A DNA stretch of 64,000 nucleotides from Escherichia virus TH38, in sequence record MT446410.1. One strand, given 5' to 3'. The stretch's first letter is position 1. The number at the start of each line of letters is the position of its first letter. Below, in pieces: positions 18,508-28,099 of the stretch. The translations under genes and the position numbers were made by a program. Under the pieces are notes generated by a model that worked only from the letters and a program-made list of their open reading frames with translations, was not told the DNA's origin and did not search any database.

Positions 18508-19566
18508 ATGGCTAATCCAACTTTATTTGTATCGTATGACCAGAATGGTAAAAAACTTTCTTTTGCTAACTGGATTTCTGTTCTGTCCCCTCAGGATACC
18601 CCGTTCGTATCTATGACCGGTAAAGAGTCTATCAACCAGACTATCTTTAGCTGGCAGACCGATGCACTGGCAAGCGTTGACGGTAATAACGCACACGTCG
18701 AAGGCTCTCGTGCTGAAGACGGCGAAATGAAACCGACTGTTATCAAATCTAACGTTACTCAGATTCTGCGTAAGGTTGTTCGTGTTTCTGATACTGCTAA
18801 CACCACCGCTAACTACGGGCGTGGTCGTGAACTGATGTATCAGCTGGAGAAGAAAGGTAAAGAGATCAAGCGTGACCTCGAGAAAATCCTTCTGTCCGGT
18901 CAGGCTCGTACCGATGTTCTGGCTGACCAGTATCTGACTAACTCGGCAACTGATCCTGCTGTTGTTGGTCTGAATGACACCCATGCAGCTCGTAAGACTG
19001 GTGCATTCCAGTTCCTGTGTGCTCACGGTGGTCTGGCTGGTGGCGTTGTTGACAAGACCAAGAATGGTCCTGCTGACCCGGATACTGGTGCAGTAACTGT
19101 TAAAGTTGCACAGAATGCTTCTAACCCGACCACTAACATTGGTTTCGACGAAGCTGATATCTTTGATATGACTCTGCAACTGTATACCGCTGGTTCTGAA
19201 GCAGATATCATCATGATTAACCCGGCTCATGCTAAGATCTTCGCTGGTCTGCAAGAAAATACTCAGGGTTCACGTAAGCGTATCTTTGAGAACACCAAGC
19301 AGTTCATCTACGAAGTTAACAGCATCACTGACCCGCTGGGCCAGAGCTACAAAATCATCGTTAACCGTTGGATGCCTACTGATGCAGTTTACTTCTTCCG
19401 TAGCGCTGACTGGACTCAGATGGTTCTGCGTGCTCCGAAACGTACTGAACTGGCTAAAGACGGTTCTTACGAGAAGTGGATGATTGAAATGGAAGTTGGT
19501 CTGCGTCACCGCAACCCGTATGCTTCCGGAGTTCTGTTCACTGCTGCGGGAAAGGTGGTGGCGTAA
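18508..19566 (+). CDS. Major capsid protein
   Basis: 352 aa ORF with strong RBS, position after the scaffold. Confidence 0.7.
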   Translation: MANPTLFVSYDQNGKKLSFANWISVLSPQDTPFVSMTGKESINQTIFSWQTDALASVDGNNAHVEGSRAEDGEMKPTVIKSNVTQILRKVVRVSDTANTTANYGRGRELMYQLEKKGKEIKRDLEKILLSGQARTDVLADQYLTNSATDPAVVGLNDTHAARKTGAFQFLCAHGGLAGGVVDKTKNGPADPDTGAVTVKVAQNASNPTTNIGFDEADIFDMTLQLYTAGSEADIIMINPAHAKIFAGLQENTQGSRKRIFENTKQFIYEVNSITDPLGQSYKIIVNRWMPTDAVYFFRSADWTQMVLRAPKRTELAKDGSYEKWMIEMEVGLRHRNPYASGVLFTAAGKVVA

Positions 19567-20090
19567 CAGTAGACAGTGTGACTGTTAGCCCTGCGTCTTT
19601 AGCAAGCCTAGAGACAGGGGCTACTCGGCAGTTCACTGCAAGCGCGGAGAAAAGTGATGGTTCTACCGAAACAACTGGCTTTACTTGGTCAGTGACAGGA
19701 GGTGGTTCTATCACTCAGTCGGGTTTGTATACTGCTCCGAGTGCGTCTCAATCCACTGATGTATCCATTACTGCAACTTTAGAAGGTGTTTCTGGTACAG
19801 CAACAATTTCAGAAATTGTTGCTCCTGCTCCTACTATTGTAGCTAAGGGTCCTATTACGGGTAAAACTGGTGGTTCCTCCACTAATTTCACTACCATGTT
19901 TACTGTAACTAACTCTGCTGCTGCGGATTACACGTTTGTTGTAACTCCTAAAGAAGCCGGTACAGTAAGCGCCGCTGGTGCGTTAACCTTAGATGCTGCT
20001 GCAAGTGGCGAAGTTACTGTTCAAGCAAGTTTGACAGCTGACCCGTCCATCAATGCAACATGCACTTTTACTGGTGTAACACCTGCTTAA
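19548..20090 (+). CDS. Capsid C-terminal Ig-like (Big_2-type) extension reached by programmed -1 frameshift at G_GGA_AAG
   Basis: Slippery heptamer gggaaag at 19548-19554, 10 nt before the capsid stop; -1 frame open to 20090; no RBS for an independent start. Confidence 0.6.
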   Translation, partial: GKGGGVTVDSVTVSPASLASLETGATRQFTASAEKSDGSTETTGFTWSVTGGGSITQSGLYTAPSASQSTDVSITATLEGVSGTATISEIVAPAPTIVAKGPITGKTGGSSTNFTTMFTVTNSAAADYTFVVTPKEAGTVSAAGALTLDAAASGEVTVQASLTADPSINATCTFTGVTPA

Positions 20091-20095
20091 AACTA

Positions 20096-20122
20096 GACCC
20101 TGCCTTCGGGCGGGGTTTTTTC
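20096..20122 (+). terminator. Rho-independent terminator
   Basis: ccctgccttcgggcgggg followed by tttttt. Confidence 0.7.
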
Positions 20123-20149
20123 GTTTTAAGACCTATACAAGCCAGTGTG

Positions 20150-20158
20150 TAATGTATA
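20150..20158 (+). promoter_or_regulatory. TAATGTATA motif, candidate phage-sigma-dependent promoter element
   Basis: 34 nt upstream of the 20192 start; same 9-mer recurs upstream of other genes. Confidence 0.4.
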
Positions 20159-20191
20159 TTCTTTGTCTACATATAACAAGGAGGACAACCT

Positions 20192-20704
20192 ATGGCAATG
20201 CCAGATTTCAGAGGAGCTTTTACATATAACCCAAATACAGGGCATCTTTTCTGGTCTATGAGTAATATATTCAATAAACAGAAAGGGCAACGTGCTGGAT
20301 GTATTAATAATAAGGGATATCGTGTACTAACCTTCAAGAAGAAATCATACCTAGAGCACAGGGTCATAGCTGAACTCTTTCTTCCTAAAGTAGAAGGGAA
20401 GGACTATGTCAACCATAAGAATGGAATAAAAGATGACAACAGGATTGAGAATCTAGAGTGGTGTACTCAACAAGAAAACTGTGTACATGCTTATGAAACA
20501 AAACTCTCAACACCAAGGAATCTTGAGGATAACCCTAATTCCAAGCTTACTAAAGAACAAGTTCTTTTCTGTTTAGAGAACTATAAACCGAGGGACAGAC
20601 AGTTCGGAGCTAGAGCTTTAGCTAGGAAGTTTGGAGTCTCTTCAAGTACAATAAGCCTGATAATCAATGGCACAAACTGGAAGGAGGTATCCTATGTTGC
20701 CTGA
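20192..20704 (+). CDS. HNH homing endonuclease (free-standing)
   Basis: KNGIKDDNRIENLEW HNH-type motif. Confidence 0.65.
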   Translation: MAMPDFRGAFTYNPNTGHLFWSMSNIFNKQKGQRAGCINNKGYRVLTFKKKSYLEHRVIAELFLPKVEGKDYVNHKNGIKDDNRIENLEWCTQQENCVHAYETKLSTPRNLEDNPNSKLTKEQVLFCLENYKPRDRQFGARALARKFGVSSSTISLIINGTNWKEVSYVA

Positions 20705-21443
20705 CGTTCAATACCCCATCAATACCTATGGGTGGCTAAAGAAGGCCGTGGCCCTCTGGGCAGATAGGGACGATGACGAATTTGTTAATCAAATTCCAAA
20801 CTTTATTAACTTTGCAGAGAAAGAGATTTATCGTAACTTACGTATTCCTCCTCTGGAAAAAGAAGTGTATTTAGATATTAAAGATGGAGTAGCTTACATT
20901 CCTCCTGATTACTTAGAAGCTCAATGGATGATGAGAGCCAAAGATGGCACAATCTTCCAAGTAACCTCTCCTGAAGAGATTAGCTATCGTAGACAGCATG
21001 GAACAATTAACCCATCTCACTGGAATAACCAACCTGTCAACTTTGCTCGTTTCGGTAGTCGTTTCATTTTCTACCCTAGCATCGAAGCAGATACTCCGTA
21101 CTACCCTGATGATGGAAGCCCTTTGATTCCAGCAGAAAACTCAGTGATTCTTAGCTATTATGCAGACCCACCGGAATTCCATGAAGATACAGATACTAGT
21201 ACTATTCTTACTATAGCACCAGAACTTCTTCTGTACTTCACCCTACGTCATGCTTGTCTCTTTGTTCAAGATGATAATGGTGTTCAGAAATGGTCAGCAT
21301 TAGGAAAAGCTATCCTTGATGAAATGGTAGAACAGAATAAGAAACAAGAGTACTCAGGTTCACCTATCGCAATTCCGAATAACATGACTCGACTTCAGAG
21401 CAGCTTGCCTGATATTTATGGTATTCGTACTTCTCGTGTATAA
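20694..21443 (+). CDS. Virion structural protein (function unassigned), start adjusted
   Basis: GGAGG RBS before the ATG at 20694. Confidence 0.45.
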   Translation: MLPDVQYPINTYGWLKKAVALWADRDDDEFVNQIPNFINFAEKEIYRNLRIPPLEKEVYLDIKDGVAYIPPDYLEAQWMMRAKDGTIFQVTSPEEISYRRQHGTINPSHWNNQPVNFARFGSRFIFYPSIEADTPYYPDDGSPLIPAENSVILSYYADPPEFHEDTDTSTILTIAPELLLYFTLRHACLFVQDDNGVQKWSALGKAILDEMVEQNKKQEYSGSPIAIPNNMTRLQSSLPDIYGIRTSRV

Positions 21444-21452
21444 GGAGATAAT

Positions 21453-24233
21453 ATGATCGTTTATAATAACCAAGCACCTGATGCAGTGAATAACGTTGGG
21501 CAGTTTGGTGCTACTGAAGGCTCTATTGGAGCTTATAAGCAAGCCGCAGAATATGCAGCTGACTCCAAATATTGGGCACTGTTAGCAGAGTCTAAGTTTG
21601 GTACAATTGATGACCTGATCGCTGAAGTAGAACGTTTGTATCAGCAAGGTGTTCTGATGAAGCAGGATATCGAAGATCTTAAGCAGGACTTTAAAGATCA
21701 AGATGCTCGTCTGATGAGTTTGATTGCTCAAACTAACGCAGCGGTATCAGATGCGAATAATGCTGTAGCTCTAATTAATCAGAAACTTATTGAAGTCCAG
21801 AACCAGCTTGACGTTCTGTTAGGAATGTCCGTTGATGTAACCACACTTCCTCCGGGAACTCCGGCTACTGGCTCTTTTAATCCGAACACTGGTGTAATCT
21901 CTCTAGGTATCCCAGAAGGTGATCCCGGAAAGGATGGTTCTGTTAAGGATTTGGATACAGCACCTACCGGTGTTCCAGAGTTAGGTGACTTGGGTTTCTA
22001 TGTTGACAAAGATGATAATACTGTCCACAAGACTACTCTAGAGAACATTGCCAACTTAATCCCGTCTATTCGTTCTGTTTCTATTAACGGTGGTCCAGCT
22101 CTTGATGGAGAGGTTGCCTTAACAATCAACAAAGAGACGGTAGGTTTAGGGAATGTTCTGAACGTTGCTCAGTATAGCCGTCAAGAGATTAACGACAAGT
22201 TTGACAAAACTACCAAGACATACCAATCAAAAGCAGAAGCTGATGCTGACGCTCAGTATCGTCAAGTTGGTGAGAAAGTCTTAGTCTGGGAAGCTACTAA
22301 GTATGAGTTCTACACTGTTGCTGCTAACAAAACATTAACTCCTGTTAAAACTGAAGGTAGGATCCTTACTGTTAACTCCCGTTCTCCAGATTCCAGTGGT
22401 AACATTGACGTTACTATTCCAACAGGAAACCCTTCTCTGTATCTTGGTGAGATGGTGATGTTCCCTTATGACCCAACGAAGAATATCTCCTATCCGGGTG
22501 TTCTTCCAGCTGACGGTCGTCTAGTATCTAAAGAATCTGCTTCAGACTTAGGTCCATCTCTTGTCAGTGGACAACTTCCTGTTGTTTCTGAAACTGAATG
22601 GCAATCTGGTGCTCGTCAATATTTCTCTTGGGGTAAGCTGGCTGATGGTATAACTGATGCAGATTCTACTAACTTTATAAGTATCCGACTTCCTGACTGG
22701 ACTGGTGGTGAGGCTATCAGGTCTCCTGATTCAGATAAAGATGCTAATTACAAAGGTCGTGTTCAATCTCAGATTCCTTACATTGTAACCGTAAACGGAA
22801 AAGCCCCTGATGACGCTAATGGTAATGTAGTCCTCACAGCTGCTAATGTTGGGGCAGCATCTTCAGGCGCTAACTCTGATATCACATCCCTTAGTGGATT
22901 GACTACCCCTCTTTCTGTTGCTCAGGGTGGTACAGGTGTTACCGATATTGGCTCGCTTCGTAGGTCGGCGTTGGTCCAGGGGGTTTTATGTAATGATCAG
23001 GCTGATCCTCAATCTTATAACAGTTATAGATCTCCTAACGGGGAGTATGCTTTCAAAGTGGATAACTCGGGACTTGTTGCTTCTATTAATGCAGGGACGG
23101 AAGAAGTTGTACCTTTTGCTATAGAATCAGGTGGTACGGGAGCAACCACATTAAACGATGCTCGAATTAGCTTAAATTTGGAGAGATTTTTACAGCCTAG
23201 CAATGAAACCATAGTTATGGCTCCTAGTAAATCTTCATATTTAACAATTTCAGACACCTCTTGGGGGGCTTATAGTTCTGCTGACTCAGCATGGAGAGCT
23301 TTAGGGGTAGGACAAGGTGGTACAGGAGCGACCTCTGAGGCTGCTGCTCGTGTCAATCTGAAGGTGGATAAGCTTGTTCAAAGTTCAACAGACACAAAAC
23401 TGCTGGATGGTTCTGGAGAACATACCTTCTTTATTACAGATGCAGATTGGGGGTATTTCAATAACTCTGATTCTTCTAGAATAGCCTTGCCAGTAATAAG
23501 TGGTGGTACTGGAGGGAAAACACCAGCTGAAGGTTCTGAAAAATTAGGAGCCATGCATTGTCAGTATGGTCAATCAACTTTTTATGGCAGTGAAGATTTA
23601 CCAACAGGTATTGGGTTCTATAGTCAAGACGTTTCCCCTTTCCCCGGAGGTAATGGAGCGCCTTATTCTTATGCAGAGATTATGACTATATCAGAAGGAG
23701 GTCGCGGTGGTAACTGGTCTCAGATTGGTTTCTCTACTATTACCAACCAAGCTCCTCGGTATCGTCAAAGAACCAATGACCCAGCTTTGATTACTAACTG
23801 GAGAGATTTCTTAGTACGGGACTTGAACACCACTGTAGATGTTAATGGTTTTGTTAAAATTGCATCCCCTATAGTCAAACTAAAATCTGACGGGTCTTCT
23901 GAAGCTAATGACCAAGCCCAAGGAGTGACAACCGAAAGATTAGATGTTGGTGTCTATAAAATCTCAGGAGTCTTAGGGTTTAACTCAGATGCCTCTTGGG
24001 GTGGTAATGACGGTGGTTTTTCTATTCCTCAGAACTCTAACGGATTACCTCTTCTTTGGGTTGATTATGAAGTTGATGAAGAAGGTGATATTACTCTGAA
24101 AACTTACCATCGAACTCACGAGGGAGTTCCTTCTTTTGCAAGTAATGTAATAGAAGGTGTGGTGGATGGTGAACCAATTGATATCCCTTCTGGAAGATGG
24201 ATTGACCTTCGTGTTGAGATGCCTTCTAAATGA
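21453..24233 (+). CDS. Tail fiber protein with repeated GGTG-type fiber repeats
   Basis: 926 aa; repeats AQGGTGVTDIGS, ESGGTGATTLNDAR, GQGGTGATSEAAARVNLK, ISGGTGGKTPAEG. Confidence 0.6.
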   Translation: MIVYNNQAPDAVNNVGQFGATEGSIGAYKQAAEYAADSKYWALLAESKFGTIDDLIAEVERLYQQGVLMKQDIEDLKQDFKDQDARLMSLIAQTNAAVSDANNAVALINQKLIEVQNQLDVLLGMSVDVTTLPPGTPATGSFNPNTGVISLGIPEGDPGKDGSVKDLDTAPTGVPELGDLGFYVDKDDNTVHKTTLENIANLIPSIRSVSINGGPALDGEVALTINKETVGLGNVLNVAQYSRQEINDKFDKTTKTYQSKAEADADAQYRQVGEKVLVWEATKYEFYTVAANKTLTPVKTEGRILTVNSRSPDSSGNIDVTIPTGNPSLYLGEMVMFPYDPTKNISYPGVLPADGRLVSKESASDLGPSLVSGQLPVVSETEWQSGARQYFSWGKLADGITDADSTNFISIRLPDWTGGEAIRSPDSDKDANYKGRVQSQIPYIVTVNGKAPDDANGNVVLTAANVGAASSGANSDITSLSGLTTPLSVAQGGTGVTDIGSLRRSALVQGVLCNDQADPQSYNSYRSPNGEYAFKVDNSGLVASINAGTEEVVPFAIESGGTGATTLNDARISLNLERFLQPSNETIVMAPSKSSYLTISDTSWGAYSSADSAWRALGVGQGGTGATSEAAARVNLKVDKLVQSSTDTKLLDGSGEHTFFITDADWGYFNNSDSSRIALPVISGGTGGKTPAEGSEKLGAMHCQYGQSTFYGSEDLPTGIGFYSQDVSPFPGGNGAPYSYAEIMTISEGGRGGNWSQIGFSTITNQAPRYRQRTNDPALITNWRDFLVRDLNTTVDVNGFVKIASPIVKLKSDGSSEANDQAQGVTTERLDVGVYKISGVLGFNSDASWGGNDGGFSIPQNSNGLPLLWVDYEVDEEGDITLKTYHRTHEGVPSFASNVIEGVVDGEPIDIPSGRWIDLRVEMPSK

Positions 24234-24240
24234 AACAATA

Positions 24241-24262
24241 ATGCTCCCTTCGGGGAGCTTTA
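24241..24262 (+). terminator. Hairpin (weak terminator)
   Basis: gctcccttcggggagc followed by ttt. Confidence 0.45.
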
Positions 24263-24273
24263 AGGAGAAATAA

Positions 24274-26442
24274 ATGTCTAGAGAATTAATGCCCAAATCT
24301 GGCATAATGATGCCCCACGTAGTTGTGACCAGAGATGCGGCAGTTGTTGGTGTTTCTACAGTAGATGGTCAGGCAGGGGCTGTGAATCTGACTGATAAGT
24401 ACTTACAGAAAACCGATGCAGCTGCTACATACCAAACTAAAACAGAAGGTGCATCTAAGGACTACGTGTTAGATTCAATTCAACCTCTTATGTCTGGTGC
24501 TTTATTCAGAGCAGACCCTTGGGTTGTGAATGATACACCTTTCCGATCTACTGGTGCTAATGGTGTAGAGTCTGTGGATATGATGAAGGTTACTCCCGAT
24601 AACTCAATCAAGATTGGTAGCTATGCCTCTTCAGTTCAAGGTGTAGAGATTCATTCTGCTGGTCGTCTTCAAGTAGTAGACCAGAACGACTCTGGAGTAG
24701 AAACTAAATATCCGGTCTATTCTAAACGGTATCGTCCAGAGATTGAGGATTTGCCTTTTGCTGCAATTGGTTCTTATGTCAAAGATTCCAAAGGTCGGAC
24801 TATTGGTGTTACTCGTACAGGGATTAACTCTGATATCAAACAACTTACCCAGAAGGTAACCTTCACTCAACCCGTTACTGTTCCTGATGCAGTTGGAGAT
24901 TATGATGCGGTTACACTGAGACAGCTCCGAAATAGTGGTGGTGGTTCTGGTGGTCCTACCATGAGTGGTATTTCTAACTTTGGTATTGGTGATTTCCACT
25001 TACGTGATAGTCGAGCTTTCATCCCAGCTTTTGAGGTTGTGTCGGATGGGCAGCTTTTGAATCGTGCTGACTACCCAGATTTATGGGCTTATGCACAACT
25101 GCTATCCCCAATTGAAGACTCTCTTTGGTTGTCTAATATCTATCAGAGGGGTAGGTATTCTACCGGAAACGGTACAACAACTTTCCGTGTTCCTGACCGA
25201 AATGGCATCCAAGAGGGGTCACTGAGAGCTTTATATGGCCGTGGTGATGGTGGTAATTCTGCTGCAAACGGTCAAGTGTTTGATTCTGCTGCACCGAACA
25301 TCACATATGCGTCCCCTCACACAATGGTAACACTAGCCTCCGCTCCTGGGCAGGTGGCGACTGACGGGGCAATTCAATCAATCACCTCTACAGACGATGT
25401 GGCTCCAGTGGGGACTGGAGGTAAATACATATCCACAAACTTTGACGCATCGCGTTCCAGTCCTATTTATGGTCGCTCCACTGAGGAGATTCTGACCCGT
25501 AACTTTGTAGGTGTTTGGACTATTCGTGCGCATGGTGGTTTTACTGCTGCTAACACCTCTTGGTCAGTTATTAACAGTGATGCAAACCGTCCTGCTGGTG
25601 GAACTAGGGTAACTAGCGGTTCAGTTGTTTCTGAATATAAAATAGGTTCAGAAGTAGAAGCCTCTACTACGCTCCAAACTGATGCTTATATCGACGGAGC
25701 TTATTATGGGATTATCAATGTTTATAATAAAACCAAAGGAGTTACCAAGCAATTAGCTTTTGACGATTCTGGAACCCTGAACTCTGATAGATATGTTGCT
25801 CGGTCTAGAACATTGATGTCTTGGAGTGAAACAGGAAGTCGCAGAGGGACGTTTTCTATAGACAACCAAGGGGTTGGTGCTAACTACTCTTTTAACTCTA
25901 TACTGAGTGCTTCCCAAGCATCCCGAGGTGGATACAAAACTACTACCCATGTAGGGATGATTCACAATGATGCTGGATCTTTTGCTGATTCCTGTTGGCA
26001 TGTTTTGGGAGATGAAGACAACAAATATGGTTGTCGTTTAACTCTCCGACCAAACAGGAACGAGATTTACTACTACACTTGGCAGCCAAGTTCAACCGGA
26101 ACTTATACTCTTGCTATGAATCCTGTGTCAGATGAAAGGTTGAAACACAACATTCAAGATCTCTCGCCTGATGAAGCAATTCGTGCGATTAAAGGTTTGG
26201 ACTTCAAATCATTCGTGTACAACAATGACGAACAAGGAAGAACTCGTCGTGGTATTATCGCACAGCAAGCAGAAAAGGTAGAACCTCTTTATGTTAAGAC
26301 TCGTAAGTTCCATGACAACGACGGTGTAGAACAAGAACAGAAAGAGCTAGACTCAGCTCCAATGCTCCTCGACACCATGCAAGTTGTTCAAGACCTGTTG
26401 AAACGTATTGAAGTTCTAGAAGCTAAGTTAGCAGAGAAGTAA
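24274..26442 (+). CDS. Tail fiber/spike with C-terminal intramolecular chaperone (peptidase S74-like) domain
   Basis: C-terminal DERLKHNIQDLSPDEAIRAIKGLDFKSFVYNNDEQGRTRRGIIAQQAEKVEPLYV. Confidence 0.6.
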   Translation: MSRELMPKSGIMMPHVVVTRDAAVVGVSTVDGQAGAVNLTDKYLQKTDAAATYQTKTEGASKDYVLDSIQPLMSGALFRADPWVVNDTPFRSTGANGVESVDMMKVTPDNSIKIGSYASSVQGVEIHSAGRLQVVDQNDSGVETKYPVYSKRYRPEIEDLPFAAIGSYVKDSKGRTIGVTRTGINSDIKQLTQKVTFTQPVTVPDAVGDYDAVTLRQLRNSGGGSGGPTMSGISNFGIGDFHLRDSRAFIPAFEVVSDGQLLNRADYPDLWAYAQLLSPIEDSLWLSNIYQRGRYSTGNGTTTFRVPDRNGIQEGSLRALYGRGDGGNSAANGQVFDSAAPNITYASPHTMVTLASAPGQVATDGAIQSITSTDDVAPVGTGGKYISTNFDASRSSPIYGRSTEEILTRNFVGVWTIRAHGGFTAANTSWSVINSDANRPAGGTRVTSGSVVSEYKIGSEVEASTTLQTDAYIDGAYYGIINVYNKTKGVTKQLAFDDSGTLNSDRYVARSRTLMSWSETGSRRGTFSIDNQGVGANYSFNSILSASQASRGGYKTTTHVGMIHNDAGSFADSCWHVLGDEDNKYGCRLTLRPNRNEIYYYTWQPSSTGTYTLAMNPVSDERLKHNIQDLSPDEAIRAIKGLDFKSFVYNNDEQGRTRRGIIAQQAEKVEPLYVKTRKFHDNDGVEQEQKELDSAPMLLDTMQVVQDLLKRIEVLEAKLAEK

Positions 26443-26445
26443 GAT

Positions 26446-26466
26446 AAGCCCCTTCGGGGGCTTTAG
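26446..26466 (+). terminator. Rho-independent terminator (weak T-run)
   Basis: agcccccttcgggggct followed by tt. Confidence 0.45.
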
Positions 26467-26534
26467 TAGTAAGTACCCTTAGTAAGTAATGAAACTAATA
26501 TATCCCAAGAGGTTAATTTATAGGAGACACTCAA

Positions 26535-26753
26535 ATGAAAATGATGAAACAAGCTGTATATGGTTTAGTTTGTTTAGGTGCAGGAGTCGTGGTATCTACT
26601 GCAATCCCTGTAAGCGCAGTTCATCCATTAGTTACAGCACCTGCTCCAGTAGAGAAACTTAGTTCTCAATGTAAGCAGCGAACCATTCAAAATAATCTAG
26701 TTGTTATTTGTCCTGATGCTGAATCTAACGCTCTGAGAAAGATACTACCTTAA
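26535..26753 (+). CDS. Small membrane/secreted protein upstream of the lysozyme (holin candidate)
   Basis: 72 aa, one N-terminal hydrophobic helix, AGGAG RBS. Confidence 0.35.
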   Translation: MKMMKQAVYGLVCLGAGVVVSTAIPVSAVHPLVTAPAPVEKLSSQCKQRTIQNNLVVICPDAESNALRKILP

Positions 26754-26782
26754 TTTAAAGGGACCACAAAAGGAGGTTAGAA

Positions 26783-27274
26783 ATGGATAACGCCGCATTG
26801 CCACCTGTACAACTAAACTTAAGCCCAGCTGGAATGGAATTCATCATGAAGCATGAGGGTATGAGAACCAAGGCTTATAAAGATTCCGCAGGTATCTGGA
26901 CTATATGTGTAGGGGCTACGCGCGATATGAATGGTTATCCGGTTAGACAAGGATTAACGTATTCTATAGAGGATTGTCTAGCTCTGCTAGATAGAGACAC
27001 ACAAGACTCTGTTCGTGCTACTCAGAAGAACATAAAGGTTCCTTTACTAGTTCATGAGTTTGATGCACTCACTTCTTTCAACTTCAACGTTGGCAGTGGT
27101 GCTTTGAGCACATCTAAGTTAAGGAAAGTAATCAATGGAGATGTTAAGGGGGATGTTTATTCCGAATTTCTTCGTTGGGATAAAATAACGGTCAAGGGAG
27201 AGAAGCAGAGAAGTCAGGGTCTTCATAATAGAAGAGTTGCAGAAGCTAATCTTTACACCGAAGGTAAATATTAA
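26783..27274 (+). CDS. Endolysin, GH24 phage lysozyme
   Basis: E...D...T spacing in MKHEGMRTKAYKDSAGIWTICVGAT. Confidence 0.7.
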   Translation: MDNAALPPVQLNLSPAGMEFIMKHEGMRTKAYKDSAGIWTICVGATRDMNGYPVRQGLTYSIEDCLALLDRDTQDSVRATQKNIKVPLLVHEFDALTSFNFNVGSGALSTSKLRKVINGDVKGDVYSEFLRWDKITVKGEKQRSQGLHNRRVAEANLYTEGKY

Positions 27275-27286
27275 TGGAGGTGCCTT

Positions 27287-28090
27287 TTGGCTATCGAAAC
27301 TAATGCGGTAGTTATTACCGATTTAAACCCACTCTATCCTAGAGACAGGGATTACATCTACGAAGGGGCGGCTCAAATCCGCCTCATTAAACAAACACTA
27401 CAGAACACATTCCCCAATGTCACAGAGCCAGTTGATATTGATTCTGACACCTTTAAGATTATGTCAGAGAAGCTCAAGTTTACTGGTGATGCAATGGATG
27501 TTGGTGGTCTTATGATCAAGAACGTTACTCCGGGAACTGGTGACAAGGACGTTGTCACTAAAGGTCAGATGGAAGCGTTCATGAAGAACTGGATGGAGAA
27601 TAAGCTCTATCGAATTGGCTCTTACTACATCACTGAAGAAGATATTAACCCCGGTGATTCTATCTCCTTAGGGTTTGGTTCTTGGGCTAAAGTGACTGGT
27701 GTCATTATGGGTACTGGTGTAGTAAACCCTGATGGCTCTGTCCCTAATGCTCAGAGAGTTGAGTTCCAAGCAGGTGGTACTGGTGGTCGTGTCTTCAATA
27801 CCATTCGAACAGAGAACGTACCTTTGATGACAGTTAATGGCTCCAGCTTCTCCTTATCCAGTAACACCCACAGTCACAATATGGTATTTGGTCGTGGAGA
27901 TGCTAGTGGTCATAACAGCTCACCAAACTGGTATAGTCCGGGTGGTGGTTACAGTCAGAGAACTGATAACGACACGCATACTCATACAATCTCTGGTAGT
28001 GTAAGTCTTGGTCGTGATGATATCTCTCGTCAACCTATTAACACTTTGCCACCATTCAGAGCAGCTCACATTTGGAGACGTATTAGCTAA
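27287..28090 (+). CDS. Tail-associated structural protein (TTG start)
   Basis: 267 aa; GGAGGTG RBS; Gly/Ser/Thr-rich fiber-like sequence. Confidence 0.45.
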   Translation: MAIETNAVVITDLNPLYPRDRDYIYEGAAQIRLIKQTLQNTFPNVTEPVDIDSDTFKIMSEKLKFTGDAMDVGGLMIKNVTPGTGDKDVVTKGQMEAFMKNWMENKLYRIGSYYITEEDINPGDSISLGFGSWAKVTGVIMGTGVVNPDGSVPNAQRVEFQAGGTGGRVFNTIRTENVPLMTVNGSSFSLSSNTHSHNMVFGRGDASGHNSSPNWYSPGGGYSQRTDNDTHTHTISGSVSLGRDDISRQPINTLPPFRAAHIWRRIS

Positions 28091-28099
28091 GGAGGAATT

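Noticed and set aside
18523-19509. Minus-strand and out-of-frame ORFs inside the capsid gene (18523-19254, 19023-19214, 19229-19483, 19270-19509)
   Set aside because: Antisense or overlapping a strongly supported structural gene; no start-site support.
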